Positions 63,461-64,000 of a stretch of 64,000 nucleotides of DNA are shown piece by piece; the first letter of the stretch is position 1, and each line of letters starts with the position of its first letter. Below the pieces are notes generated by a model. The model was not told the DNA's origin and made no database searches. It worked only from the letters and a program-made list of their open reading frames with translations. The position numbers and the translations under genes are program-made. Source of the DNA: Pavona decussata. Lineage: Eukaryota. The DNA lies in contig CDRNST010000090.1 in assembly GCA_977016875.1 (NCBI GenBank), positions 620,001-684,000 of the forward strand, written 5' to 3'.

Positions 63461-64000
63461 CGCACACTGAGTAAAAAAAATCAACAAAATGTAGCGCTGA
63501 TGACCGAGGCGTAAACTTGGTATGAGAATGTTTTTGTTGGATGCACGGTGACCCCCACTTTTTCTTTTCGGGAGAGCACTTCCTTCTCTGATTCTTTTCA
63601 AAGTAACAAAAAAAACCTGTACGTGGGGAGTTGTAATTATTTTGCTTTTGTGAAATTTTAGCAAGCGATGAAGGTGGCATAAATGACATAATTGCTATTT
63701 TCATTTCAGCAACACCAAGAAATTGGTAATGTTACTAATGTTGAAGTTGCGACTCAACAGTAATTAAAATCGTTCACTTCAGAGATTGTGATATGTTAGG
63801 TTTTGCATTGGTAGTGTTGTGTTATACGACTGTTTATTTTATGTTTATTCTTAATTAATTTCATACTCTTGCAAGGAAAAAGCGGAAAGTGCCTTGAACC
63901 ACGTTGTTTGTTTTTTAAAAACACTTTTGCACCCTTCAACATAAAAACAGAATCTCCTAACAAGCAAGAGTCGACCACAAAGTTTACTTAGCTTTCAAAG

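Overview
Eukaryotic, AT-rich, transposon-dense window with many GT-AG spliced exons. It is probably an invertebrate animal; the repeat and protein families resemble those of stony corals (inference). In order: (1) one end of an IS3EU-like DDE transposon with a 20-bp subterminal array and a transposase broken by one stop; (2) a 7-exon CxC5/CxC6-KDZ transposase gene with one frameshift; (3) a palindromic MITE-like element and a decayed C2H2 zinc-finger exon; (4) a ~14.5-kb tandem array of ~1.68-kb units in A-BBC-BBC-A' order, each unit carrying a candidate spliced gene for a 50-aa acidic peptide that the ORF track misses, plus two diverged paralogues; (5) an intact BEL/Pao LTR retrotransposon with identical 235-bp LTRs, a TGGGG TSD and a 1809-aa ORF; (6) alpha-kinase and Ulp1-like protease/PHD pseudogenes; (7) a second IS3EU-like remnant beside a SAM-UBX-HECT pseudogene; (8) a full-length AcademX transposon (TAG...CTA ends, ~340-bp TIRs, TTA TSD) nested in a TTAA-type element; (9) LINE fragments, minisatellites and the first three exons of a divergent EXO1-like nuclease gene. 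No rRNA, tRNA or CRISPR was seen. All calls are by eye, with no database searches.
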